From: Paramoeba atlantica
Lineage: Eukaryota > Protista > Discosea
Reading direction: 5' to 3'
Assembly: GCA_977017575.1 (NCBI GenBank)
Contig: CDRNVI010000190.1
Coordinates: 62,001-126,000 of the forward strand
Length of the DNA: 64,000 bases
Shown here: piece by piece, positions 34,416-46,714 of the stretch
Position numbering within the stretch: position 1 is the stretch's first letter
Layout of the letters: each line of letters starts with the position of its first letter
The notes under the pieces: generated by a model
Told to the model about the DNA's origin: nothing
Database searches by the model: none
The model's input: the letters and a program-made list of their open reading frames with translations, nothing else
Made by a program: the position numbers and the translations under genes

Positions 34416-36522
34416 TCACTTTCGTTCACTCTTCTTGACATTTGGTTCCAATCGAGCGACTGCTTCTTTCGCTTCTTTATCACCTTGTTTTGCTGCCAAT
34501 TGATAATATAACAACGCTTGTTCCTTATTAGGTGCCACCCCCTCTCCTCCGTTTTCATATCGGTTTCCAAGCTTCTTTTGAGAGTAAAGACTCCCTTTTT
34601 CAGCTGCGATCATATAATAATAAATAGCCATTCCATCATCTTTCTCCACCCCAACCCCATTCGCATAACAAAATCCAAGATTTGATGTTCCAACAACAAG
34701 CCCACTCTCCGAAGCCAATTTGTAATGGTAAAAAGCAAGAAAATCGGATTGAGGCACACCATGACCATGAAGATAACAATCAGCCAACATGCCAACTGCA
34801 TTCAATTGTCCCTTTGGATGGGATTAATGAATTGCAAAAATAAAATTGAGAAAGAAGAGAAGGAAAAAAAATTACTTGAGCAACAGCAAGGCGTATGTAA
34901 CTGACAGCCTTTTTATAGTCAACCTCCATCCCGTTTGCTCCTGATTTGTGGTAATACGCTATATTTTTTTGTGATTGAGGCCAACCAATTCCGTCTGCAA
35001 GCTTTTCAGACAAAAGAGGTTATTCACAAGAGCAAAAAAGTTTTCAAAGAAAAAAAATTGGATGATTACCTCAGTCATGATTTTAAGACCTCTGACAGTG
35101 TCCTTTTCAACTCCAATCCCATTCAGAAGATTCCCTACAATATGACTCGGAATCAGATAAAAGGGTGGTGATGGGAACAGTGAGAGAAGGAGAATATTTT
35201 CGGTTGTTTGGTTCAAAAAGAATTAAAGAAAAAAACCTGCCATATTATTCGTTGCACTTGCAAGTCCTTGTTCAGAACCTTTGCAATAATATTGGTATCC
35301 AAGATTTCGCTCTCCAAGTTGTTCACAACATCGTCCAATACACCTTTGCGCAATGGAAATTCCCTAAATCAAGGAACAAAAAATGTCAAATCTCGAGAGG
35401 GAGAAACAACAACAAAAGATGAAAGAGTAAAAAGAAATGAATGTCAACCTTCTCGGCAAAAGGAAGTAAAATTGGTTTCACTTGATCATAAGAACGTGTT
35501 CCTTGAACATAAAGTTGAATCCCTCTTCCAAACCAGGAACCAGATTCAACAGAATATTGGGCCCATTTTCGACAAGAGGAATCAGAAATTTTTGTCCCAA
35601 CTCCATCAAGAAAACATATTGCAAGAAGTGCGGCACAATCTCCATCTAATTCACATTAAAAAAAGAGAATAATTATTAGTCTTTCAAACCAAAAAACAAA
35701 CAATTCTTTTTTTTGTTAGGAAAAAAGGAGGGGGGGAGAAAAATCACAAAAGATTGTGCCACAACCTGACCAAGCATGGTGGGAAGAAAGTAAAAAGGCA
35801 GAGAGGTGTTTCCTTTCGTTTAAAAGGGAAACCACTTTTGTTGCGATTGGCGATAGTTGGTTGCAACCTTTCTTTGAAACTTCTTTTGTACTTTTCCTTC
35901 TCTTTGGTTTTTGTTTGCTGAGATTTCCCCCCTTTCCTTCTCTTTTTTCTTCTTGTTTTTCCTCCTCTTGCTTTTCTTCTTCTTTTTCATCCTCTTTGCC
36001 CTCGTTTTTTCCTTCTTCTTGGTCTTCTTTTCGATGATCAAGTATTTCCGATCTTCGATGAAAAGATAAACGATCCAACTGGTGTAAATGAACAGAACAA
36101 CTCTCACATTGTCGCTGACAACCTTTTTGACAATCACAACAAATCACTCTTTGCTCCATTTCTCCGCAGATTTCACAATTTCTGTCTTCTTTCTCCTCTT
36201 CCTTTTTCTTTCTCTTCTCTTCGTCCTCACCAACTTCGGTAAGAAGCTCGATCAAAGAATAATTTTTCCCAATTGTATAGCCACTCTCTTGCATACAAAA
36301 AGGACAAGAAGGATTGGTAGGAGATTTTGTGAGCTCGTTCCAACAGCGAGAACATAATGAATGACCACAATGCAGAGACAGCGGAAGAAAAGATTCCGCT
36401 GTGTTTTTTGGGATGAACAAGAAAGAAGAAAAAGGGGAAACAAAAATGAAATCTCAAATACCTGTGACCGTAAAACTCTCAAAACAAAGATAACACAATC
36501 GTCCACTGGCTCTTGGGGCCAT
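34416..36522 (-). CDS. RING + B-box + Sel1-repeat protein (putative E3 ligase)
   Basis: Spliced RING CYLC..CGHSLCSRC..CPFC; B-box-like CEIC..CCDC..CESC..H..H; E/K-rich linker; Sel1 repeats (LGFCYANGVGVEKD, LGNRYENGGEGVAPN). Confidence 0.78.
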
Positions 36523-36762
36523 CTCTTGGTTCTCTTGTTTCTCTTGGATTCGAGAGAGAGAGAAGAGACGAAAAGAGTTTCCGAAACGAAAGAGGAGAAA
36601 GAAGAGAATTCTCTTTTTGGAATTGAGGATCCAAATTTGAAAGGTCGTCGGTTCAATTCCCTTTCCCGATTCTTTTTTTTTCTTTTAATTTTCTTCTTTT
36701 TTTCGTTTTCCAAGAAGAGAAGAAAGAGAGAAGAAAGAGAGAAGAAAGAGAGAAGACGAGAA

Positions 36763-36799
<37 letters not shown>

Positions 36800-36819
36800 T
36801 TTTTTTTTGAAATCCTAAA

Positions 36820-39800
36820 ATGAGTGGATTTCAAAGAAGCTTCATTCTTTCTCAAAAGAGATGGTTTAATGTTTGGTCCCACAGAAAAACTCTCTCTTTC
36901 TTTCCAAAAGAAAGAGAGAGTTGTGAGAGTTTTCTTTCACCCAAAAAAAGTTTTTCTTTCTTTTCTTCCTCTTCTCTCAAAACAAAAGAAAACTTTCCTT
37001 TCCTTTCTCCCTCTCCTTTCGAAAAAGAAAGTGTCTCTCTCTTTTCTTCCTCTTCTTTTGCAAAAGCAAATTCTTTTGGAGAGTTGAAATTGCAAGCGCC
37101 TTTTGTTCGAGCGATTGATGATTTGGGTTTGTAATTTCTTTCTTTTTTTTGAAATTTTGAGAAAGAAAAAGAAAGAAAAAGGGAAAGGAGAAAAAGGAGA
37201 AAAAGAAGGAAGAGGGGGAGAGAGGGATCGAAGAAAAAAGAACTTTTTTTATTTTTTTCTCTTTTCTGAAAGAAAATAAACATTTTTATTGATTTGTTAT
37301 TGATTTGTTATTTATTTATTTTTATTTATTTATTTTTTAAAGGATACAAAGAAGCAACAGAAGTTCAAAAGAAAGTGATTCCTCCTGCTCTTCGTGGTCT
37401 CAATGTTGTTGCTTCTTCTTATGGTCTTCTTTTTTCTTTTCTTTTTCTTTTTCTTTTTCTTTCTTTCTTTTTGTTCATTCAATATCTAGTTTCTTTTTCA
37501 ATTTTTCTTTCAAAAAATTAAATTAATAATTTTTAGAAATGTTTTCTCTTTTCTAACCATTTTTTCCCTTTATCTCTCTTTTTCCTTTCCTCTCCTTCTC
37601 TCTTTTTTCTTTTCTCTTTCTTTATTTCAAGGGGGATCAGGAAAAACAGATGCGTATGGATTGCCACTAATGCAAAGAGTCCAACTTCTTCTTGATGAAG
37701 AGAGAAGAACTGGATTTCAACGTCATCGTGGTTATTTTTTTTTTTTTTTCTTCTTCTTCTTTTCTCTTTCTCTTCTTTCTCTCTTCTTCTATCTCTTTTT
37801 CTTCTTTTTCTTTCTTTTCTCTTTCTTTCTTTCTGATTTGAGTCTGTTCCAGCTCCTTTTGGAATGGTGATTGTTCCTTCAACAGCTCTTGTAAAGCAAG
37901 TTGTCAGACATTTTCAAAAGGTCTTTTTTCCTCTTCTCTTTTTTAACAAAATAAAATAAAAATAAAATAAAATAAAATAAAATTCTTTCAAAAAACAAAA
38001 TATTTAATCAGACCACCATCAAATAATAATCGAATAAGAGAAAAAGAGAAGAAGAGAAAGAGAAATAATTTTATATTCTTCTAATATGATAAATAAAGAT
38101 TGAAAATAATAAATAATGAAATAGTTGGGAGTTCATTTGAAACATAAACCCAAAATTTCAAGTCTTGATGGAAATACATCAGCTGAAACTCAAAGGTTCT
38201 TTTTTTTCTTTATCTTTTTCTCTTTTATTATTATTATTGATTATTTCCTAATAATTCATTATAATATGTTTCTGTTTTATGTTTAATTTTTGATTAAATA
38301 TTCTATTATTTTTTTTTATTCAATTAAAATTTTGTTTCTTTTTAAAATTTTTGATTTCTTTTCTGATTTTTGGATTTTTTTTAGTCAACAAATTGGCGAG
38401 GGCGTTGATATTGTTGTTGGAACTCCTGAGAGATTGTTAAGGTTCTTTTTTTAAGTTTTCTTTTTTCTCTTTCGGTTTCTTTCTTTTATTTCTTTACCTG
38501 TATTATTTTTTCAACTTTATTCAATTCTCTCTTCAAAAATAAACCCAAAATTTCCCCCAACTCACCAAAAACCCAACAACAACAACAAAAAAGGTTATCT
38601 CTCTCAACAATTGACGAAACAACCTCCCAAATAACCCCCCCAAAATGCGAAACACCATCATCCGAATCCCTCGAACAAGCACAAAAAGAACCGTCCTCTC
38701 ATCCTCTCAATCTCTCGCTTGTCAAATGTGTCGTTCTTGATGAGTGTGACGACCTTTTTGGGTTGAATCATCTTCCTGCTGTTATGGCTTTGAGGAGATT
38801 GTTGCCTCGTCCTGTGAAGAGCCGGTCCCGGATTTCTTTGGGGGGGGGAGAGAGAGAGGAGAGGGGAGAGAGAGGGGAGAGGGGAGAGAGAGAAGAGAGG
38901 GAAGAGAGAGAGGAGAGGGGGGAGAGAGAAGAGGGAGCGGAAAAATGGGATGAGGTTTGAATCATTTTTTATTATTATTTTTTTCTTATTATTTATTTTT
39001 GGAATTAAAAAATGATTTTTTTTTTTTGAAGGAGAGTGGGATTTCGAGTCGTGAATGGTTTGCGATGAAAGTTCGAGAACAAAAAAAATTTCGAGAGGTC
39101 TTCTTTCTCTTTTCTTTCTCTTTCTTCTTTGTCCTTCTTGACAAAATATATTCAATTATATTAAATTAGAATAAAATTAAAATAAAATTAAAATAAAATT
39201 AAAATAAAATAAAATGAAATTAAATAGGTTGGAGCAACACAAGTTCTTCAACTAACAGCAACACTAACTCAAGAAGTTGATAATGTTTCAAGAAGATGGG
39301 CACCAAAACATGAGAGATTTGATTTAAATGCTTCTTTTTCTCTTCCTCCTACTGTTAAGGTATTTATTCTCTCTGTTTTTATTTGTTTTTTTTTGTTTTT
39401 GTTTTTTTGTTTTTCTTTTTGGTTTTTTGTTTTTGTTTTTGTTTTTGTTTTTTAAAATATCAGAGGAAGACCATCTTTTTTTACAAAAAAATTCGAGTAA
39501 TTTTGTCTCTTTTTAGCATACGGCTTATGAAGTTTCGAATCGAAGAAAAGAGTCTCTTCTCTACTACCTTCTACATCGGAGGTATGAAGAAGAAACAAAA
39601 GAAAAGGAGAGAGAAGGAGAGAAGGAGAAAAGAAGAAGAAAAATTCTCATATTTTTTTTGAAGAGGGTCTTTGAAAGGACAACAAGTTTTAATTTTTACA
39701 AGAACAACTCAACGAGCTCGTCGATTGGTTTCTCTTTTCTCTCTCTCTCTCTCTTCCTCTCTCTTCTTTTTCAGAGATATTCTCTTCCTTCTTTTCTTTC

Positions 39801-41192
39801 TTTTCTGGACTTCTCTTACTTGTATTTCTTCTTCCTTCTTCCTTTCTCTCTCTCTCTAGAATGAAGAACTCTCCGAAGAGGGGTTTGTCTCAGCAATTGC
39901 ACGAGGAGGTGTCAATTCGAAAGGTCTTTTCTCTCTTCTCATTCTCTCTTTCTCTCTTCTTTCTTCCTCTTCCTCTTTAAATTTTTATTGATACTGGCAT
40001 AAAAAGCAATCCAAGATTTTCGAAGTGGTAAAATACAAATTCTTGTGACAACAGATGCTTTGGCAAGAGGGTCCTTTCTTTTTTTTTCTTTCTATTTTTT
40101 TTTTTAAATTTTTTCTGAATTTTTTTTCTTTGATTTATTTTCTTTTATTTATTTTTAATTTAATTTATGAATTTTATGTATTTTTTTGTTTAAGTTTTTG
40201 ATTAAAAATTGTAGATTTGATATGCCACAATTAAAAAACATGATCAACTATGACATTCCCAGGTTATCTTCTCTCTCTCTCTTCTCTTCTCTTCTTTTTC
40301 ATCTTTTCTTTCTCATCATTCTTTTTTCTTTTCAGTGAAGCAACAGATTTTATTCATCGTGTGGGGCGAGTGGGCAGAGGGGGGGCGAGTGGACATGCTT
40401 TTTCTTTTGTTGCGAGGTCTTCTCAAGTGATCCAAATTGGAGGGCGAACTGTCGGTTTTTTATTTCTTTTTCTTTTTTTCCCTCTTTTCTTTTTTCTCTT
40501 TTCTTTTTCACTCTCCTTCACTCTTCTCTTCTCTTTTTAATCTTTCATTTTCACTTCCACCCCAAAAAGAATTAAACGAAAAACATTTTTATGGAAATCT
40601 GACAAAGTTTTGTAATGCAAAATTACCAATAACAAAAATACCTGGGCCATGGTCTGATCCTCTGAATGAAGATGAACAGAACACTCATCTCGAATCTCTC
40701 TCTCAGAATAAGGTCCTTTCTTCTCTCTTTTCTCTTTCTCTTTTTGTTTCTCTTTTCCTTTCTCCTCTTTTCTGAAAATTCAGTTTTTTGATCTGTTGGT
40801 ATTCAGGCCAAAGAACTTCAACAAAAAAGAAGAGAAATGATTGAGAAACCAGAACTCCAAAAAAAATTATCTCGAAATGAGAAGAGAAAGATCCGTCTCC
40901 ATTTTGACAAACCAAAAGAAGACACGGTTTTCTTTTCTTTCAAATATTTCTTTTCTTTTTCCTTCTTTTTTTCTTCTTTTTAGTTTGATTTAATTTTATT
41001 TTTGATTCTTTCTTTCGAAAATAGAAAAAGTCTTCTCCTCCTTCTCTCCGTTCATTCAAAGAAGGAAGATACGAACACACAATCTCTCTCTTTCAACAGA
41101 GAAAATTGCTCCAAATGAAAACAATGGGTGTTTCAACTCCAATGGGGAAGAAAAAGAAAAAGAAAAGAAAGAGAAATATGGAAGATGATTGA
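36820..41192 (+). CDS. DEAD-box (DECD) RNA helicase, probably organellar, intron-rich
   Basis: Q motif (F..L..ATEVQ), GSGKT, PSTAL, GTPERL, DECD, TAT, TDALARG.D and HRVGRVGR spread over many exons. Presequence-like N-terminus. Confidence 0.85.
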
Positions 41193-41408
41193 AGAAGAGA
41201 AAAGATTTTGCAACATTGCACAATCTTTCTTTCACGAGAGAGAAAAATGGAAAGGAGAGACAAAAATGATCTTTTCAAGCGAGGAAAAGAGATTTTAAAA
41301 CAAAAAAATGGTCAAAAGAAACCATGTCTCCCTCTTCTTTCTTCTTTCTTCTTCTCTCTTCCAAAAAAATAAAAAAAAGAAAGAGGAAAATTTCTAAATA
41401 TTTCTAAA

Positions 41409-44283
41409 TTATCCACTCGGAAGAAGAGAAGAAGGAGCAAAAGATAAAAGACGAGATTTTTCGACATTTTCGAGCGCTTCAAGAGTGAGAGGGTGTCTCT
41501 CTCCATGGGTGATTGAGAGAATTGTTGCTGCTTCTTCAAATGATTGGAGAGATTCAGTGATTCCTATTAACCTTTGAAAGAGAAGAAAGAGAGAGAAAGA
41601 GAGAAAGAGAAGAAAGAGAAGAAAGAGAGAAGAGAAGAAGAAAAGGGGTTGTTGAGAAAAGGTTGGAAATGGAAATATGGGAGAGATGAAAAAAAAGGAA
41701 AGAAAAATGAATGAATGAATGAATGAACAAACATTTGCAATTTTCCAACTTTGAAATTATGAAAAGCAACAGCAGGCCAATACCTCCCATAATAAGCTTT
41801 TTGTTTACAAGTTTTAAATAATATTCTGTCATTTTGTTTTGGAGAAAAGAAAAGAAAAAGAAAAGAAAAAGAAAAGAAAAAGAAAAAGAAAAAGGGAAAA
41901 AGGAAAAAAGAAAAGAGAAAAAAACCATAAAAAGAAGGAACAAGTTGAACACCAATCTCAAGTGCATCAATCCATCTCTCATCACAAAGAAGACATTGAA
42001 AGAGTGATTGAGAGAGAGAAAATAGGATATAATTGTGCTGTTTCAAGAAATGAATTATTCAAGAAAGAAAAAAAGAATAAAAGAAAAAAAATTAGGATTA
42101 AAAAGAAAAAGAAAAAGAAAAAGAAAAAAAGAAAATAAGAGAGAGGAAAAACCTGATGAAGAAGAGAAGAAAGAGAAGAAACAAGAGAAAAGAGATCATC
42201 TGTTTTTGCATCTTTGAAATCGAAATTGGTCATTAAAGATGAACAAGAATTCGAGACAGAAATATCATTCAAAGATAAATTCTCTTTCTTTTTGTATTTT
42301 CCTGTGAACCAACCAACCATTAAAAAGAGATCATATGAGAAATGAGAGAAGAAAAGAAAAAAAACCAATTTTCAGGAATAGTTTTTGAGAAAATTCTGAA
42401 TACAAAATAATTGTCTTACAATTCTCACATTCCCATCTCTCTCCTTCTCCTATTTCTTCCTCTTCTCCTATTTCTTCCTCCTTTTCTTCTTTCTTCTCTT
42501 TCTCTTTCCCTTGGTTGATGACAATCCCATATCCTTTTCAAAACTTTGTTAAATTCTCCAAGAGAGGAAAAGAAAAGAAAAGAAAAGAAAAGAAAAGAAA
42601 AGAATAAAGAAGAAATAACAAAAAGAGGATTAAATCAAACCAGAACACTGAGGACAAACAATTGCTTTCATCATCTTCTCAGACAACTCCAATACATCTT
42701 CCCCATATTTTGGAAAAGAAGAAGAACAAGAAACAGAACCAAGAGAGCGAGAAGAGAGAGAACAAGGAGAGAGAGGAGAGCAGAGAGAACAAGAACATTG
42801 AAAGAAGAAACTCTCTTGTAAATCTTTGATTCTTTCTTCTTTTGGTCTTCCTTTTTCAACATAACATATTGTCAGTTCTTCTCCTGAAAACAAAATTACA
42901 TCCAATTAATTCTTGTTAAAAGAACAAAAAGAAAGGCAAAAGAAAAAAAAAGAAAAAAAATGGAAATGAAAAAAAAACCTTTTTCAATTGGACAAGAAGC
43001 TCGAACCAAAAGATTTGTTCCATGAAAAGTACAAATTGAATTCGGTTTACATGAATGATTTACCATCGCCATCTCTTTATACAATCCAACTCCTATCTTT
43101 TTTAAAAAAGAAAAGAGGAAAAGAAAGAAAAAAAGAAAGGATCAATTGTGAGAGTGGAAGAGAGGTTTCAGAAAAGGAGAAAGGAAAAGAGAAGAAAAAG
43201 AAGAAAAAGGAAAGAAAAAGAAAACCTGATTCATCTCAGCATCACTGATAACAAGACAATTCGACATCAAAGAAGCAAAAAGAGAAAACAAAAAAGAAGA
43301 AGAAAGAGAAGAAAAGGAATTCTCAATCTTTTTCTTTGATGCATAAGAAGAAAGAAGATAATGTGTCCCCATTGCCAATTGAGTTGTTGCTTCTAGTGTT
43401 TTCCCTTTCAGTTCTTCTTTGTGGTTTATCAGCTGTTTCATATCATCGATTTCTGACAAAGAGAGATTTTAGAAGATTTGTTTCTTTTTTGATCTTTCCT
43501 TTTTGATCTTTCCTTTTTTTTCATCTCTATCTTTCTTTGAATATTTGAAAAATTGAGAATTACTGAACCAAATGATCTGAGATAAGTTAAATAAATTTTC
43601 CTACTTCCCAAATAGATATTTTAATACAAAAAAGAAATGCAAAGAAAAAACCTGGAAGAGAAGAAGAATTGCGAGCAATAATTCGAAACATGAGCCGCAT
43701 ACTTCTTGTGGGTCTCTTGCTTGGTCCACCAATTTGCAAAATCTCACATTCCATCTTTTACAAAAACTCTTTTTCAGTCTCCACCTCTTCTTCTCTTCTT
43801 CTCTTTTCTTTTCTTTCTCTTCTTTTCTGATTTTTTCTCTCTTTTCTTTGTTCTTTTGTTAACCTTGTGAATTGGCCAGACATTCTTCTGGCATTGACGA
43901 GAACAATATTTCAAATACTGACACTGACTACATCTTTTCAATGTCATCCTATTTTTCTTGGTTTTAGAGAAAGAAAGGAGAAGAAGATATCAAGAGAGAG
44001 AGAAAGGGAGAAAACAAGAAGGAAACCCTGTTTTAAAACAACCATCACAATAAGATGAAATAGATTCTTCATCCAGAACAGCAGCAACAGGTTTTTCTTC
44101 CCAAACCAACTTCCCTCTCCCAACCTTTTTCAAAGTTGTTTTTTGAGAACGAAAGAAGACAAGATAAGACACAACAAATCAAAATACCTTTGATGAAGAA
44201 GAAGAAGAAGAGAGAAAAACACCTCTCCCCTTTCCCACAGCGTGTTTCACTTCCCAACAACCATCTTTGTCCCATTCACCCAT
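41409..44283 (-). CDS. SMYD-type SET/MYND lysine methyltransferase, copy 1 (no zinc-finger tail)
   Basis: GKGRGV, MYND (CDGC..CSQC..YCSRQCQ..W..H..C), NHSC.PN, GEELTICY, post-SET CSCSLC and a TPR-like C-terminus. Stop TAA at 41409. Confidence 0.88.
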
Positions 44284-44557
44284 CGACTCTCCCAACAAAA
44301 ACAACAAAACAACAAAAACAACAAAACCAACAACAAAAACTGAAAATCAGATGGTGTCCCCAAAATTGTGGGACATTTTGGTGTCTTTTCGTTCTTGGTG
44401 TCCCTTTCCACGCAAAAAAAGACATCAAAAAAATTGGAGGTGAGTTGGGAAATGAAGGAAAAAAGGGTCAAAATTGGTCTTTAAAAAAAAAACTCATTTC
44501 ATTTCTAAAGTAAAGAAAAAGCTTAATATTAAGTAAAGAAAATTAAATAAAATTCAT

Positions 44558-44762
44558 TTAAAAGTAAAAAAAATTTGTGAAGGGTGTGGTTGGGTGGTGG
44601 GTGCTCTGGGTTTTGGATATTGGTTTGCTTGAAGAGAGTGTGAGTGATGGGGGTGGGAGTTTGAAAGGGGGGAGCGGTTTGGTTGGGGAGAGTGGAGGTC
44701 TCAGTATCAAGGGTGGTGTGGAAGTGGAGGGGGGAGTTGATGAAGAGCTGAGAGTTGGAAGG

Positions 44763-44794
<32 letters not shown>

Positions 44795-46714
44795 GGAAGA
44801 GGGAGAACAAGAGGTTTCTGATTTTTTGGGGGTTCTTGCATCCTTTGCTTGTGCACAATGCTTTTTTCCTCTCTTCTGTTGCTGGTCTATTCGGTTTGCA
44901 AACAAAATTAAATGTGAGTTCACTTGCTCAGGAATTTCTTTTTTCGCCTTTTCAAACCATTGTTTCACTTTTCTTAAAATTGCTTGATTCTCTGTCTCAA
45001 GAAAGATGATATCTCCCAAGCTAAAAAACACCTCAGAGTGATTTTCAAAAACATGATCATACAAAGAAACTAAATTTCCAGGATTCAATGTTGTTTGACA
45101 ATCCCCCAAAGAACACCTCCAAAACACCCCCTCCTTTCGAAAACACCGCCTTTTCAGGACTGACATTCGACGTCCTCCTTTACATGGTGTTGGTGTAGAA
45201 GCACTGCCTTCTCAAATAATAATATTAGAAAAATAAAGATGAACTTTAAAAAAAAGAAAATAAACCTGCTTCACTCTCTCCACCAGAAACAAAAGAAGGA
45301 GGAGAAGGAGAAGGAGAAAGAGGAGGAGATGAGGAGGAAAAGGAGGAGGAAGAGGAGGAAGAAGAAGAGGAAGAAGAAGGGGGAGAATGAGAGGCTTCTG
45401 ATTTTTTGGGGGTTCTTTCATCCAATGTTTGGGCATAATCTATTTTTCTTCTCTTCTGTTGATGGTCTATTTGGTTTGCAAAAAAATTTAAATGTGAGTT
45501 CACTTGCTCAGGAATTTCTTTTTTCGCCTTTTCAAACCATTGTTTCACTTTTCCTAAAATTTTCTGATTCTCTGTCTCAAGAAAGATGATATCTCCCAAG
45601 CTAAAAAACACCTCAGAGTGATTTCCAAAAACATGATTGTAGAGAGTAGCTAAGCTTGTCCTGTGTATCAATTTTGAACAATTCCCCAATGAACACTTCA
45701 AATACACCCCCTCCTTTTGAAAACACTGACTTTTCAGGACTGACTCTTCACACCTTGAAGTTTGACCTCTTTTACATAGTAGTGTTGGTGTATAAGCACT
45801 TCCTTCTCAAACAATAATATTAGAAAAATAAAGATGAACTTTAAAAAATAGAAAATAAACCTACTTCACTCCCTTCACCAGAAAGAGGGAGTTCTTGTCT
45901 TGGTGGACGCATTTTTCTTTTCTTTCGGTGAAGGTCTATTTGGTTTGCAAAAAAATTTAAATGTGAGTTCACTTGCTCAGGAATTTCTTTCTTCGCCTTT
46001 TCAAACCATTGTTTAACTTTTACTAAAATTTCCTTATTCTCTGTCTCAAGGAAGATGATATCTCCCAAGCTAAAAAACACCTCAGAGTGATTTTCAAAAA
46101 CATGATTGTAGAAACAAACTGCGCCTGTAGTATTTAGCAAACACGTTTGACAATCTCCCAAAGAACACTTCCAATTCACCCCCTCCCTTCGAAAACACCG
46201 ACTTTTCAGCACTGATATTTTACCCCGACCTCCTTTGCATGGTGTTGGCGCATAAGCACTTCCTTCTCAAATAATAATATTAGAAAAATAAAGATGAACT
46301 TTAAAAAAATAGAAAATAAACCTACTTCACTCCCTTCACCAGAAAGAGGGAGTTCTTGTCTTGGTGGACGCATTTTTCTTTTCTTTCGGTGAAGGTCTAT
46401 TTGGTTTGCAAAAAAATTTAAATGTAAATTCACTTGCTCAGGAACGTCTCTCTTTGCCTTTTCAAACCATTGTTTAACTTTCACTAAAATTTCCTTCTTC
46501 TCTGTCTCGAGAAAGATAATATCTCCCAAGCCAAAAAACACCTCAGAGTGATTTTCAAAAACATGATCATAGAAATAAACTAATTTCGTACTTTGTATCA
46601 AAAATGTTTGACAATCCCCCAAAAAACACTTCCAATTCGCCCCCTCCTTTCGAAAACACCGACTCTTCAAGAATGCAACCCGGCTTCCTTTTAGTGTTGG
46701 TGTATAAGCACTTC
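44558..46714 (-). repeat. Zinc-finger exon array of SMYD copy 2 (4 units)
   Basis: Exons 46714-46322 (393 nt), 46262-45861 (402), 45802-45266 (537) and 45207-44558 (terminal), separated by near-identical 58-59 nt phase-1 introns. Confidence 0.85.

Noticed and set aside
36852-43339. Many F/L/S- or K/R/E-rich ORFs in the track
   Set aside because: They are translations of CT/GA-rich introns and intergenic DNA, or their antisense, with no domain content.
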